This document shows, one piece after another, positions 11,821 through 25,423 of a stretch of 64,000 nucleotides of DNA. The translations under genes were made by a program, and so were the position numbers. Origin of the DNA: Eledone cirrhosa (Eukaryota); contig OZ024740.1 in the NCBI GenBank assembly GCA_964016885.1, forward strand, positions 48,608,001 through 48,672,000, given 5' to 3'. Numbering within the stretch: the first letter of the stretch is position 1; each line of letters starts with the position of its first letter. Below the pieces are notes generated by a model. It saw nothing but the letters and a program-made list of their open reading frames with translations. It did not search any database and was not told the origin of the DNA.

Positions 11821-12920
11821 TGTATATTCAAGTGTTGGATCATCGTGTTGTATGATAGTAATGTTCTGTGGTCTTGCAGCCACAAGTATGGTGATGAGCC
11901 TGCAAGATACTGGTGTACAGCTGATGACTGAACTCACTGTGACCTTGTTAATGATGAAACCCTCTCCATGTTGATGGTTGGTATCATCTTTGCTGTACTA
12001 CAGTTTATGACTTCATCTGTAGTTATTTCACAAAATCTAGTCCACCTGATTTTAATCAGCCCTAAGATATTCCATGTGTATATTGCACGTACAGGATATT
12101 GACGTTCCACATCCTAAATACATTGTTATGTTAAGAGAGATTGATGTCTGTTGATGTGGGTCACATTGTCGTTGTCGCCTCCATCTTGGTGAATGGTAGT
12201 GGAGAGTGCAGTCGTTGGTTTTCTGTGCCTCGACCAATACGGTATGTTTTATTTTATTTCATTTTTTTTTTACTGTGCGTCTATCATGGCATTCCAGGAG
12301 GCCTTAGAAATGCTTAGTGGTGCTCATCTCTTTTCCAAGCATCCAGTTCCTCATTAAGTTTAGCCTGACAGCAAGCAGATATCGGGTCTAGCTGAAAAAA
12401 ATCTCAGAGACCAAAGTGAGTCATGTGAGAACTAGTGCACCAGTTCATCTCTAACTCTTTAGCATTTACATTACTCTCTATATACTATTGTATTCTTACA
12501 TAATATCAAATCTATGAGATTTTGATATTATTCATTTTGAGAACAATACCTCAACACCAGTATGAGTGGCCGGTTACAGCCGGTTTGAACAGAAAAATGT
12601 GAGAGAATTCTGGCCGGATACGACTGGTTTAAATGCTAGAGGGCCAAGGATGTCATTGCCAGAAATCATAGTATTCTCTCTACCTGAACATCTGGACATT
12701 TTAGCTTAATAAACGTTGTTACATGTAGATGTCAACATATCGATCCTCAACCACATAATATGGCTATTGCAATTGGTCACTTGCTTTATCACACTATTTC
12801 TGATTGGTTGAACAATACAAGCACACAGTGCTGGTGGGGTTTTTGTGTTTTCAGAACATCAAAAATAAACACAGTAGCGTTAAACCAGTGAAACTCAAGG
12901 AAGCATTTCTGAAGTGGGAA

Positions 12921-13119
12921 AGGGGCGGGCAAATTTGGTTAATTTAATTGTTGTTATCAAATATCAACTAAGATACACAATAAAAATTCGATATGCGATA
13001 AACATTACATGTACATAAATTGTAGCGCATATACAAATATATGTGTTTTGGTAGTTTGAGGAGAAAAATATAATTATTGGGGGGAGGGGCATGCCACTCA
13101 CCCCAGTTCCACCGCCCCT
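12921..13119. mobile_element. PIF/Harbinger-like MITE
   Basis: TIR AGGGGCGG...CCGCCCCT with a 3-bp GAA duplication. Confidence 0.4.
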
Positions 13120-13825
13120 GAAACTAGTAGGTGTTAGCTAACATTCTATAGCAAGTAAGGGAAATAATTCCGAACATATTTACCTTATTAAGCTTCATTA
13201 GCGGAAGTATTGTCTTCGCCATTACTTGCTGACATTAAAGCGACCAACTTGTTATATATAGAAATGTTAACAGAAAAACAAACACCGAGTGGTGTTGTAA
13301 TACGATGTTAATTGATATTAAGCATACAGAAGCTCCTATTTAAGCAATTAATTAGTGGGTTTTATTATCTCCTATGTTTTTACATTAAAAAATAATCACA
13401 ACAGGGTAAAATATTTCTACCGATTATCTAATGAAGGAATTTCCAACCTTTCTGCATATTTCTCAGAGTTGTTTCTCGATCCTAACTAATTTTACAACAA
13501 ACTACATTTCTAAACACCTCTCTTTCGGCAAGTACAATAAAGGCTATGCTTCGCTGAGAAGCTCAAGATATTAATAGTATCAGGATTTCTAATACTTTCA
13601 TATTTTTTCTTCATGACATCTTTATTAAAAATAAATAAATAAATAAATAAAGCAGTTGACTTAAGAACCATTGGGAACATTTAACAGTTGTAATGTGTAA
13701 GTCTAATGCAACTGACCAAAATAATAGTTGATCACTATAAATAATAGTTGAGAAAATCGGATAATGTTTCCCTGGAGACGGAAAAAAGCCAGGAACTCAT
13801 TATAAACACAGAAATTCATTATTAT

Positions 13826-13958
13826 AAATTAGAAATAGAAGCTTTCGTCGTATTTTTGACTAAAGAAATTTTAGCCTGATAGTGGGGTTAAGTTTCCTCT
13901 AAGAAATGGAAAAAAGATCTCTAGTAAAAAATACGGCGAAAACTTCTATTTCTAATTT
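13826..13958. mobile_element. Small foldback element / MITE with ~40-bp inverted repeats
   Basis: AATTAGAAATAGAAGCTTTCGTCGTATTTTTGACTAAAGA pairs with TCTCTAGTAAAAAATACGGCGAAAACTTCTATTTCTAATT. Confidence 0.7.
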
Positions 13959-14009
13959 CAAACTCGCTCGCTGTTTCAAAACATACTTGTCATTATTGTA
14001 AATTTCATT

Positions 14010-14715
14010 AGGGCGGTGGATTGGCCTTGTGCCTATACTAGAAATCATTATTATTATGGATTGGCAGTATCAGTAGAGGGTCGGACGCCATGCTTTCCAG
14101 CATAATTACGTCCCTTCACGATCTGAGTTCAAATCCCGCCGAGGTTGACTTTGCCTTTCATCCTTACGGGGTCGATAAAATAAAGTACCAGTAATGCACT
14201 GGGTAATTGTTGGCCTTGTGCCTAAAGTAGAAACAATTATTATTCTGAGTTCAACTCCCGCCGAGGTTAACTTTGCCTTTCATCCTTACGGGGTCGATAA
14301 AATAAAGTACCAGTAATACACTGTTATAATTGCTGGCCTTGTGCCAAAAGTAGAAACAATTATTATAAATTTCATTCGTGCCTATATAAAATCGTTCCAT
14401 TATTTCTTCGGTGGATTGGCAGTATCGGTAGAGGGTCGGACGCCATGCTTTGATGCATAGAGTTACGGCCCTTGCTATTCTGAGTTCAAATCCCGCCGAG
14501 GTTAACTTTGCCTTTCATCCTTACGGGGTCGATAAAATAAAGTACCAGTAATGTACTGGGTAATTTCTGGCCTTGTGCCAATAGTAGAAACAATTATTTC
14601 TTCAAATCCTGCCGAGGTTGACTTTGCCTTTCATCCTTACGGGGTCGATAAAATAAAGTACCAGTAATGCGATGGGTTATTGCTGGCCTTGTGCCTAAAG
14701 TAGAAACAATTATTT
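14010..14715 (+). mobile_element. Tandem cluster of four SINE copies (two near full-length, two 5'-truncated)
   Basis: The same SINE consensus is repeated head-to-tail. Confidence 0.9.
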
Positions 14716-15479
14716 CTCAAATCATCCAACAATAATTTTAGGGATCGGGAGTTTGTTTATGAGGCTAGAAGACCTTCTGAAAGACTAAAATTTATTTTAG
14801 CATAATTTCGTTGAAAATTTCTGACAGGAGACGTGCCAAGAACGTTCGTGATGTAAATCTCTTAAACCTCAGATTCTCAAACTTTTGGGGCCACCGCCCC
14901 AGTGACGGCCACGTTATGCCCTCAGCGCCCACACAACCCTATTTCCATAGAGACCTGCTTACATGCAAATTGTAAATGATTTGTAATAAATAAAATCGTT
15001 AATTTATATATAATAAATAATATAATATATACTATGTATAAATAAATAGATATTTTTTATTTTACTATATTTATATATAATATGTATATTATTATATCAT
15101 CTCTACCTGCCGCTCCCTTAGGCCCCAGCACCCCCTAGACTTTCTCACCCCATGACTTTCTTTAAACCATGACATTACAATTATGAAGCGCGCATTCCAA
15201 CCACTGAACCAGGGACCTTCAATAAAATAGCAATGCACGCGTTATAGATAAATAGATGAGTTCACGTGTTTATGTTAAGTCTGTGCTCTAAAACTGTCGT
15301 AATTACTAACAAAACATAAGTGATTAATTACTTTCAATTAAGTGAATATAATTTAAAACGATTATATTAATTGCTATAATCGAAAGTTATTTAATATTAC
15401 ATTATGTCAATAATATAATTTCCTGTTTACAAATATAGTAATTTCTAAAATTAAATACTATTTTTATCCTATTATATTC

Positions 15480-17280
15480 GCATCATCGTGGCGAAAGCGT
15501 ATCAACCATTGATCAAGAACCGGAAAATACAGGCGACAGACGTCGGGTTAGCAACCTGGCATTGCTGTACACTTTACAAACGCTAAAGAAACAGTAAGAA
15601 AAATCATACATGATAGGCGCAAAGATGAAGGTGTGGGAAACACTCCACTCTTGGCGGACCTCACCCAAAGCCAAAAGGACGTTGGGGTTCCCATGAACCA
15701 GATTCTGAGCACTAAAAGAAAGACACGGATTGGAAGCTGGAACGTACGAACGCTGTACTAAGCAGGAAAGCTGTCTCATCTGTTGCACGAGTTCGACCAC
15801 TACCATCTGGGCGTTTTGGACGTGAGCGAAATGCACTGGACCGGCAGCGGAGGCACGACTCTGTTCTACTCCGGACACAAAGATAAGCATATCCGCGGCG
15901 TTGGACTTGTGCTTAGCGCCCGAGCAACCCGAGCGTTGATCGGATGGGAGCCAGTCAGAGAACGTATCATAACCTCTTGTTTTCAGAGTAGGCATGCAAA
16001 ATTCGCTGTTGTTCAGGCCTATGCACTGATTGATGATGTGGCCGACATAGACAAAGACGCCTTCTACGAACAGCTGCAGGACATGTTCAACAACTTGTCC
16101 AGCCACGACATCAAACTATTGACCGACGATTTCAACGCTCAGATTGACTGCAACAGACAGGGATTGGAACAGGTCACCAGTCCGTTCGGTTCTGCTACAG
16201 TCACCACGGACAACGGCCAGAGACTGCAACTCTTTTGTGTCATCAGCAGCCTGTACATCAGCAACACATACTTCAAACACAAGACGATTAATAAAGCTAC
16301 TTGGTAATCTCCGGACCAGAAAAAGCCACAACGATATCGACTACCTCTGCATCAACCAATGCTGGCAGTCCTCGGTGCGCGACGTCAGAGTGTACTGAGA
16401 TGCAGACGTGGGCTCAGACCACCACCTACTGAGTGCCGAACTACAACTGCACCTAAAGAAACGGACACGACTGGAAAGACCGAAGCCGTATGCAATAGAG
16501 AAGCTGAAGGATCCCGATCAAGCGTGACTGCACCAATTGGCGCTGCACAACCGGTTTCAGCGGTTGAATGAGGCTGCCGATCTGGAATATCAATGGGCGA
16601 TGTTTGCGACTGCAGTGACCGAAGCAGCACAAGAAACTATTGGCCAAAGGCAAGGAACGAGGAAAGAGCAATGGATCCAGGAACCAACATGAGACCTGAT
16701 CGACGAACGAAAGAAGGCGAAACTCGAACGAGATTCTGCGAGATCGGCGGAAGACCAAGATAAAAGTGATGCCGTATTCACCAAATCGATCGACTAGTCA
16801 AGCGAAGCTGCTGGCGGGACAAAGGCGTTTGGCTGGAGAAAAAAGGTGCTGGTCGCAACGATACGAAGACACTGTTCCACACCGTGAGGGAGTTGACAGG
16901 AGTGTCGAACGGTGCCAACATGCCAGTGAAAGACAAAAATGGTAAAACATTGACCACTGGAGCAGAACAAGACCAGAGATGGATGGCGCAATTTCGGGAG
17001 ACGCTGAACCAACCAGCTCCAGTCACCCTGATAGACTCCAGCAATCACGACCAAATCACCAAGCAGGAGACGAGAGATGCGACTTGAAGAACGGCAAAGC
17101 AGGCGCACTGGGTGAGATCTTACAGAGTTTCTCTAATTCGGTGAAGATAGCACGATAACAGCGTTGACAAACCTGATGAACTGCTGGTGGAGGGTCGGTC
17201 AGGTTATTCTTGAGTGTTAATACGGTGTCATCGTCAAACTGCCGAAGAAAGTAAACCAGGCCGACTGCAACAATGAGCAC
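15480..17280 (+). mobile_element. Degenerate RTE LINE: apurinic endonuclease and linker up to the start of RT
   Basis: IGSWNVRTL, VSEMHWTGSG, VVQAYA, DDFNAQI, SNTYFKHK and DIDYLCI motifs, with many stops and frameshifts. Confidence 0.85.
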
Positions 17281-18661
17281 GTGTTGTGTCACACAGGCAG
17301 CGAGGTGACAGATGTCTCCAGGGAAACCTTGCGAGAGTGGAGACAAGTGAGGTGGGACTCTACGATTGTTGACTTAAAGTCGGCTTATCTGCAGCTACAT
17401 GTAGCTGAGAAACTGTGGAAGTATCAACTGGTCAGGTATAAAAGCCAGACATACTGCCTGACCAGGCTTGGGTTCGGGTTTAACTCCACACCAAAGATTA
17501 TGGCGACGGTTCTCAAGGTCATTCTGGAGAAGGTGGAAAAGGTGAAGAGAGCCTCCAATCGACGACATCTTGGTAAATGAGACCGTGGTGTAGGCAGCTG
17601 AGGTCTCAAGCCACCTAGGAAGGTTCGGAGTGACCGCAAAACTACCAAAGGCGATGGAAGGAGGAGCCGCACTGAGACTCAGGCTACGAAGAAACAAGAC
17701 AGGCACATTGGTATTACGGTGGGGAAATGTAGTCCCAGAATTGGGCACCGGCATGGGCAAACGAGAACTTTTCTCATTGTGTGGTAAATTGGTGGGCCAC
17801 TATCCAATCGTGGAATAGCTCCGAACAATATATAGCTATGCCAAGAGATGGATGAATGGGGTTAGCTGGGGAGACATTGTGGAAGAGAAGACGGTGGCCA
17901 TGATGCGGGAGATCGTGGAGAGGGTAAAGGCGGAGGAAGGAAGCTGGTATGTACCTAAATCTGATAAAGGGACCATATGGTGTGATGCCAGAAACATAGC
18001 GCAAGGGTCGCTCTGAAAATAGGCGGTGTTGAGGTCGAGGACGCAGCCTGGTTCAGGAAGAAAGAGGACTGCAACCACATCAACGTGACCGAATTGGACG
18101 CCGTGCTGAAGGGAGTGGATCTTGCCCTGAGATGGAGACTACGCACCAGAGATTCGTACTGATTTGGCCACTGTACTCGGATGGGTCAGAACAATGCTTA
18201 CCAATGAAAGGAGGGTGCGAATGAGTAGAGCGGCAGAAATGCTAATAAAGCGTCGCCAGGGAACTCTGGGAGAGTTGGCTGCTGAGTACGTTGAGTGTGG
18301 TCTTTGTGCCCTCTGAGAAAAATAAGGCGGACATCTAAGGTGAATAAAACCTGGCTGGAAGTGCCAGAGGATGCGGAAAAGGGGATAACTGCGTGTGTCG
18401 GCTGAGTGACTCGGAGTTGAGGAAGTTGCATGCATCATATGGGAGTCGACTCCGACGTTACCAGACGTGACTGTTATGAATAAGTGTGTGAGCCTTGCTA
18501 TATTCTTAGGCCGGATGTAAAACAGGTGAACATCCGCGTAGGGCGATTCGGTCATGACTCTTGTGGGGACGCAACTCTAGTTAGGGTTCCGGAAGCTTAT
18601 TTTACTGCAAAATAATAAATAGCGTTTTAAAATCCAAGTAGTGACTACTGTCTTTAACCCA
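17281..18661 (+). mobile_element. Degenerate LTR-retrotransposon pol fragment (RT plus RNase H) with a probable LTR at ~18472-18661
   Basis: DLKSAYLQ...YCLTRLGFG...IDDILV and WCDAR...HINVTELDAVLKGVDLAL. A downstream TGTT...AATAAA...CA segment follows. Confidence 0.7.
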
Positions 18662-19639
18662 GGTCGTGACTTTCTGCTTAAATTCTTAATAAAAAAAATA
18701 TTTGACGCTGCTAAAATTCTTAAGCCATGGAACTCAGTAGATGTGTGTGTATGTAACTAAAGCGTAACGTACGTTACGAATGGACGAAACACAAGCAGAT
18801 TTATAATAAGATGATGACTAAATGATTTTAATTTGCTTTTTAACAATTGATGTTGGAAAAGATTTCAAATTGTCTTAACTCGAGTTGTAATTCATGGTAT
18901 CTGACACTCTTACTGGCTAAATAGTCTGGGAGTCTATTTTACCGGGACCGGCTACATAGCCTCTTCCTTTTGAAAAGTTTCCGTCAATCTAATTTCAATC
19001 ACCTGACATATGGTAAAATCACTTGCCCAAGATGTCATGCAGTGAGACCAAACTTGAAACCTCATGACTGTGAGGCGAACTTCTTAATCATTCGGCCATA
19101 CTTGCATCCATTATAAATCAAAGGCGGTGGATTGGCAGTATCGGTCTTTACGATATGAGTTCAAATCCCACCGAGGTTTACTTTGCCTTTCATCCTTACG
19201 GGGGTCGATAAAATAAAGCACCAGTAATGTACTGAGATAATTGCTGGCCTTGTACCAAAAGTAGAAACAATTATAAATTGGGTTGGCAGAATCGTTAGAA
19301 CGTAGGACAAAATAACACGGTGTATTTGTTGTGGTTCATTACGTTCTGAGTTGAAGTCCAGCCGAGGTAAACTTTGCTTTTCATCGATAAAATAAAGTAC
19401 CAATGAAGTACTGGAGTCAATTCAATCGACCCCCCCCCCCCCCCAATAGCTGGCCTTGTGTCTAAATTAGAAGCAATTATCTAACTAAATAGATATTCCG
19501 TTGAGATGATCAAACAATTTCAGGATATCGCAGAATAGTATAATAGTAAAGTAAATAAAATTATAAGCTGTTATGTTAGTTGATTTGTTCAATTATAGAT
19601 AAAAATAAAAAACGAAAACAAAAAACATTAATAATATAA

Positions 19640-20030
19640 ATGGTCCGGAAGTGTTGTGTTTCCGTTTAAAAGTAATTTCTAACTATGCTATGATTGAGGT
19701 GGGGCATTAGAAGGCAGAACAAATAAATATCCGTCTCGCGAGTCGGTACAAATGGCCCACTTGCTGATTACTTCTATTTCCACTTGCACTAGTCCCTCCT
19801 ACTATTAATCAGCAGCCGCGAACTTATTATTTGCTATGTAAGTCAGTGGTTTTATATGAGAAGTGATCTTTCGTACCCTTTCAGTCTTAACACTTTCTCA
19901 GGCGAACTTTTCTCTCCCATTCAAGTTGACTCTCAGTTGTAACACTTGTTACCACGCACTAGAAGGGTCGTTTTCGTCTGTTTCACAAGTTACAAACAAG
20001 TTTGTTTTGGCATTCGAAGGAAGGTAAGGA
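19640..20030 (+). promoter_or_regulatory. Putative Pol II promoter with non-coding first exon(s)
   Basis: ETS site CCGGAAGT (19645), TCTCGCGAG (19734), local CpG retention, donors GTAAGT (19838) and AAG|GTAAGG (20024), acceptor CTTTCTCAG (19901). Confidence 0.5.
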
Positions 20031-20106
20031 TTATTATTTACAACTTTTTTACATTTCAGAAACAAATTTCAACGTTCTCTATTGCATCTTTTATTTAATG
20101 CCCTTA

Positions 20107-20145
<39 letters not shown>

Positions 20146-22624
20146 TCGTTTTACTGTCTCTAAAACTTGACTTCTCTACAATCGGCTTTCGAAATGGTAT
20201 TGTAATATACAGTGAACTATGTTTGTCTAAATTATTTAAAAATCAAAATAATTTATTGTATTAATTTTGTTTATAAATTTAAATAAATTATTGCGTGTTA
20301 TTTAATATTTGTCGTTCCAAGTATTGTCTTGGTATGTTTATCTCACGGTGTGTCAGGACTAGTTAAAACGAAACGACACAAACGTCTCAGAATTATTTGG
20401 TTATTTTGCAGTTATGTTTTTGTCTCCCCCCCCCCCCCCCCCCCCATTATTTTGGTGGTGAAACTTAGCTGACAAGGTCCTATGGTTAGCTTAATTATAC
20501 TGATACTATTTATTAGTAATAGTTTCAAATTGTACCTTATTAATTTTCACTTATAACAGTGTCGATTTTACAGAAAAACAGAGCAGTGTTATATTTTGAC
20601 TTACTTAGTTTATTACTTTCCATGACAGTGCTATATAAATTTATTATTTACCAGACAAGTAAACTGTAAAAAGTTATAATCACAACCCAGTTTATTTTAT
20701 TAATATTTTTCAATGATCTAAATGAATTTTTTTAAGGGTGTATTTAATCACCATGAAAATATTTATCAGTCGGTCAGTATATGATTTCGCTTGAACAGGT
20801 GTTTATGAAAAAACAACAACCTAAACTTCAGTGTTTATAATTTTATAATGAATTTAAAAGCACGTTTCCTGTAATTTTATTTTAAAATATATCGTTTTAA
20901 TTAATAGAATCGTAATATTTACACGATCTCGACCTATTTATGCGTTGTTCAACTACAACGTAAAAAAAAAAAAAGATCATGACTTGTACAATGCTACTAC
21001 TATAGTGTGTGTACTTGAGCAACCAAGGTGCAACACAGAGATATATCTTTCCAGTTAACCAATTCTCCGTGCCTAGCTAAGAACATACTGCACCCTCTAA
21101 CATGACAGTCTGCATGTATTGCGCTCTCTTCATTTATCCAGTCTAATTGTGTACGACCGCAGATTGTAAACACTATCAGTTTGCGAGTTGAAATAGGCAC
21201 ACTGCAAGCGAAAGAAAGGAACGTTTATCACATCTACAATGATGCCTTTGTTGAGAGCGATGAAGTAGACCACGATGTGGTACGTACCTACTTAACAGCT
21301 CTTCTTACTAGTATATTAAAAGTTAAGTATTTTTGTCATGGATTCCCAGCGGTTTCGCAAACATAAATTACTGAGAGGTCAATAAAACTATTAAATAAAT
21401 GTATAAAAGTTTATTCACAATTGTATAAATAATATTACAAATAAAAGAAAAAGAAAATACACTCATCTTGGACCACATACATCAAAAGGCAAGTGAAAGC
21501 AATTATACCAACATCTGTGTTTCTATACCAATATCAGAAACAAGCTTACCTTAAAAGTTATCAGATGGAAACTACAGCGCCTCTTTATATATACTGTTTA
21601 TACACATTGTTAAAGTTTTTACTTGTAGTCTACTTTTGAGAAACAATAGTATTCATTATAATTAACTAGAGACATTTAATTCAATGTTTTACCGTTGGAA
21701 TAAATGCTATTATTTGATTAAGTCTCTTTCCATTCTGAGTCCTGTTTACAAATTATAGATCTTTTAATATTTGATAAAATAAGATCGCGTCTAACTATAT
21801 GGATAATTAACAACAAATGACCACCACACCTATAACGCGCCAGCAAGGAAGTTCGCTCCATTTGCCAAAGGTAGAAGAATCTCTTTCTATTTACACTATC
21901 GTCTTGAAAATAAGAACACATTGATACCCGGAAATGACAGGATGATCCTGGCTGTCTAGGGCCAAACAAGAACAAATACATTCCTAATGATACTTTTTCA
22001 TGAAAGTCGATTATATCAACAACAATACTTAACTGGTACTTTATTTTATTGACCTTAGGGGGATAAAAGCAAAGTTAGCTTCAGTGAGATTTGAACTCAG
22101 AACATATAGGACCGTAACTAAATGCTATAATTCAACCACTTTCAAAGCAGAACAAATTATTACGAACTTCTCTAGAGAGATCGCTGATTTGTTTATTCAC
22201 TTTGTTAAATGTTTCGATTAAAATTTCAAAATGACTAAATACCTAAAAGAAGTCACTGGGTGGATGTATTGTTTACGGTGGTGTATTTTAATTCATAAGT
22301 TCGTTTTATTACAATAGGGTGATGATAAAGTTTATCTATTCGCTAGTAGAATAACTGTTTCTACTTTAGGCACAAGGCCAGCAATTACCCAGTGCATTAC
22401 TGGTACTTTATTTTATCGACCCCGTAAGGATGAAAGGCAAAGTAAACCTCGGCGGGATTTGAACTCAGATCGTAAAGGGACGTAACTATGCTGGAAAGCA
22501 TGGCGTCCGACCTTCTACCGATACTGCCAATCCACCGCAGAAATAACGCCATCCGGGCTGTTTTCTGTTAGTAATGTTTCACCCAATTTTACAGAGCTTT
22601 AGATCTCTTATTTTCGCAGATTGT

Positions 22625-22830
22625 CAAGTTAAAACTTCACCTGATATCATTTAGTCGAGAACCAGTTGATTTTCGTTAATTTGAGTCAAAACTTCACCTG
22701 ATACCATATAGTTCAGGACCAGTTGATTTTTGGTGATTTGTTGAGTCAAAACTTCACTCGATTTTCTAGAGTACTGGAGCCGCTGATTTTTACTTATCCG
22801 TTTATATTGAATTAAAACTTTACTGGATTT
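22625..22830. repeat. Degenerate ~57-66-bp tandem repeat, about 4 units
   Basis: Recurrent GAGTCAAAACTTCACCTGAT...CCAGTTGATTTT. Confidence 0.7.
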
Positions 22831-23654
22831 TTTTTTCCTCATCCTTTTGCTGCAAGTTTTCACTAGAGCGTTTGACAAAATATCCTGCAGTATAGTTACG
22901 ACTTTTCTGAGTTCAATACTGTCCTTAGTAGCTTTACCTCGCACACTCTGGTGTTGATAAAATAAGTACCAGAAGTGCTACGTTCTACTTAATATTTCTG
23001 TAAAACGCCCTAGATTTGAGTTTTAAATGGTAGAAGACTAAAACTAATATTTATCCAGATGATTGTTGTTGAATGTTGAAAATAAATGTTACCTAAAATA
23101 CTGAAAAAATTTTTTAAAGTATAATAATTGTTTCTACTTTTGGCACAAGGCCAGCAATTATTCCAGTGTATTACTGGTGTTTTATTTTATTGACCCCGTA
23201 AGGATGAAAGGCAAAATTGACCTGCAAATTACTGAATATTTTCCCCCCTGAATTACAAAGTGAACAGAAATTCGTGTATATATTTTGAAATAATTTAATC
23301 TATCACTAAACTACCACCCATAAAAAAAAAACTATTTAACATGAAATATCTTAAATTTGTGTGTAAAACTCGTTATTTTCAATATCATCCCCACAATTTT
23401 GTTTAACGAACAACTATCGGTTCCATTTAGATAATTTTCTTAATTTTATATATTAGTCATTTAGAAGTGTAGAAGTGTTCATGACTTTTGAAAATTCTCG
23501 AGATTTGATGTAGTTGATACTTAGCCTAACCATCTGCAGGAAACCTGTTGGTGAGTAGAGGTAACCAAGGGGCTAAACATGTAGATGAACAGAGAGGGAA
23601 CCAAGAGCATGGTCTTAATGAATTCTATTAAAAGCACCAAAAAATCACGGTTCT

Positions 23655-23870
23655 GTTGTTTAACTTCAGGTCAAACCTATGATCGAAAGTATTCCAACCC
23701 TGACCATCCTTTTAAAGATATATAGAACATTATCTAATGTGTGATTTTTTTTTTTTTTTTTTTTATTTTTTTTTTATTTTTTTTATTTAAGATGGCAGGG
23801 TGTAATTTGAGGGAGATTTGGCTGCTATTTGTAACACGTTAAACGACCATATAAAGACTCTCCTTTAGGT
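23655..23870 (+). repeat. Representative of an old, abundant ~200-bp interspersed repeat
   Basis: Core GTGTGATTTGAGGGAGATTTGGCTGCTATTTCTAGC recurs in many diverged copies (e.g. 27070, 31140, 36530, 45855, 49650, 58200, 58420, 62220). Confidence 0.7.
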
Positions 23871-25283
23871 TGTCAGGTGTTCTTGTTTAGCCCCTTAAAA
23901 ATGGCCATGTTGTGTTGTCATGGCACTAGTAATGAGATATGATGATCTACATATCATCATCCTATTAGCAACTTTTAGAAAAAACTTTTTAGTTCCTCTT
24001 TGTACAACTCTATATGCCTGATAATATTTGCTTATGTTACATGAAATATATTGTTTTTCTTTAGTGTGACGGTTGTATTATGAAATCGAATATTTACATT
24101 GGGAGACAATTCCATCACTTGACTTTTTATAATTTTTTTTAGTCATATCTGTTTATAATAAAATTGAATTTGTCACCTTATTCATCCAAAGTTTTCTAAT
24201 ACTAAAACTTCATATCTAAACACCACCATAGGCATCAATTGAATACGTTTACAAAAAGAAAGATGAGATTTGGAAAATATAGAGTGAGTTTGAATTTTTT
24301 TCTTCCCTTTATTTTTTTTATCTTATGCTGTTTTATTTCCTTAATAGTTTGGATACTCTGAAGAATTAGCAACTAAAGACTTATTTTCCATACAATATTT
24401 TTTTTTAAAATACATTTCAAACAGTTTACATTGTTTAATCTTAGTAGTTTCTCATGTGTATAAAAAGATCAAGATCTTTTTTCTTCTTTTTCTTGAACAA
24501 GAATGATTTTAAGTTTTCAATCTTTTTCTAATTTTTTAGACCATTTTTTAAGGTTAAATTTTCTTAAGACAATATTCTAAGAAATATAGTAACAAACACA
24601 TAATTGTATGTATATGTGTGATGTCCGAACGAGTATCATCCACCTCCAACTATCTTACCCTCCGCCTCCTGGTCTTTATTAATTAATCAGCTATTAAGTA
24701 TAGATGACCGTAAAGCCGATTGATTGAAATATTTGGTCTGGACATATAATTCTGTTTAACTATTATGACAAACATACATATATTATAGTTAAACAGTAGA
24801 ATCTGATGAAATTAGTTAGAGCCTGGCAAATAATATTTATAAAACCTTTAAAAAGTTGAATATGTTAGATTTCTCCTCCTTCCAGTATACTGACTTTGTG
24901 CAGCAGGGAGGGACCTTCACTAGAGGAATTAGTAATCCCTATCTTACTTATAGAGCTGTGCATGTGCTGGGGTGGGGAGGAAGTAAGGATTGGCTATTAT
25001 TTTATGCAATACATGTATATTGTTGGTTTATATAAAGAAATGTTGGTAGTGTGTGAACAAAATAGTTGTAGGATGTGAAGTAGAGGGTGAAGGGATAGAG
25101 GATTAGAACTAGGAGAAAGAGAGAGATAAAAAGTTTTAAAATGGTGTGTGATAAAGTGGTGAGTTATAAAGTAAAAAAAAAAGAAATACAGGTAATTAGG
25201 ATTTGGTGGTATTCTTTTTGCTCAGCCAACATGGGTCTTGTTAAGAGAAGGGTTGACTGTTTGAGCAGACATATGGTCTAAAG

Positions 25284-25423
25284 CAGGCATGTCAAACATG
25301 CACAAAGATTCTTACAGTGCAGGCATGTTTTATCTTTGTAATATAAAATGGAAAAAAATAGTTGTAATGTGTGCAATTAGTTGTCGTGTGTAGCCCTCGT
25401 GGGACCTCTGTTTGACATGCCTG
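25284..25423. mobile_element. hAT-type MITE, 140 bp
   Basis: Perfect 14-bp TIR CAGGCATGTCAAAC/GTTTGACATGCCTG and perfect 8-bp TSD GTCTAAAG. Confidence 0.9.

Noticed and set aside
13180-13250. Minus-strand ATGGCG...AAG|GTAAAT micro-exon candidate
   Set aside because: No in-frame downstream exon or homology found.
21245-21262. 16/17 match to the minus strand near 53653-53669 (GCCTTTGTTGA.AGCGA), hinting that the inverted duplication reaches both promoters
   Set aside because: Too short, and no flanking homology could be traced.
21238-21374. ATGATG...CTGA pair suggesting a C/D snoRNA
   Set aside because: No terminal stem or rRNA guide identified, and these motifs are common by chance.
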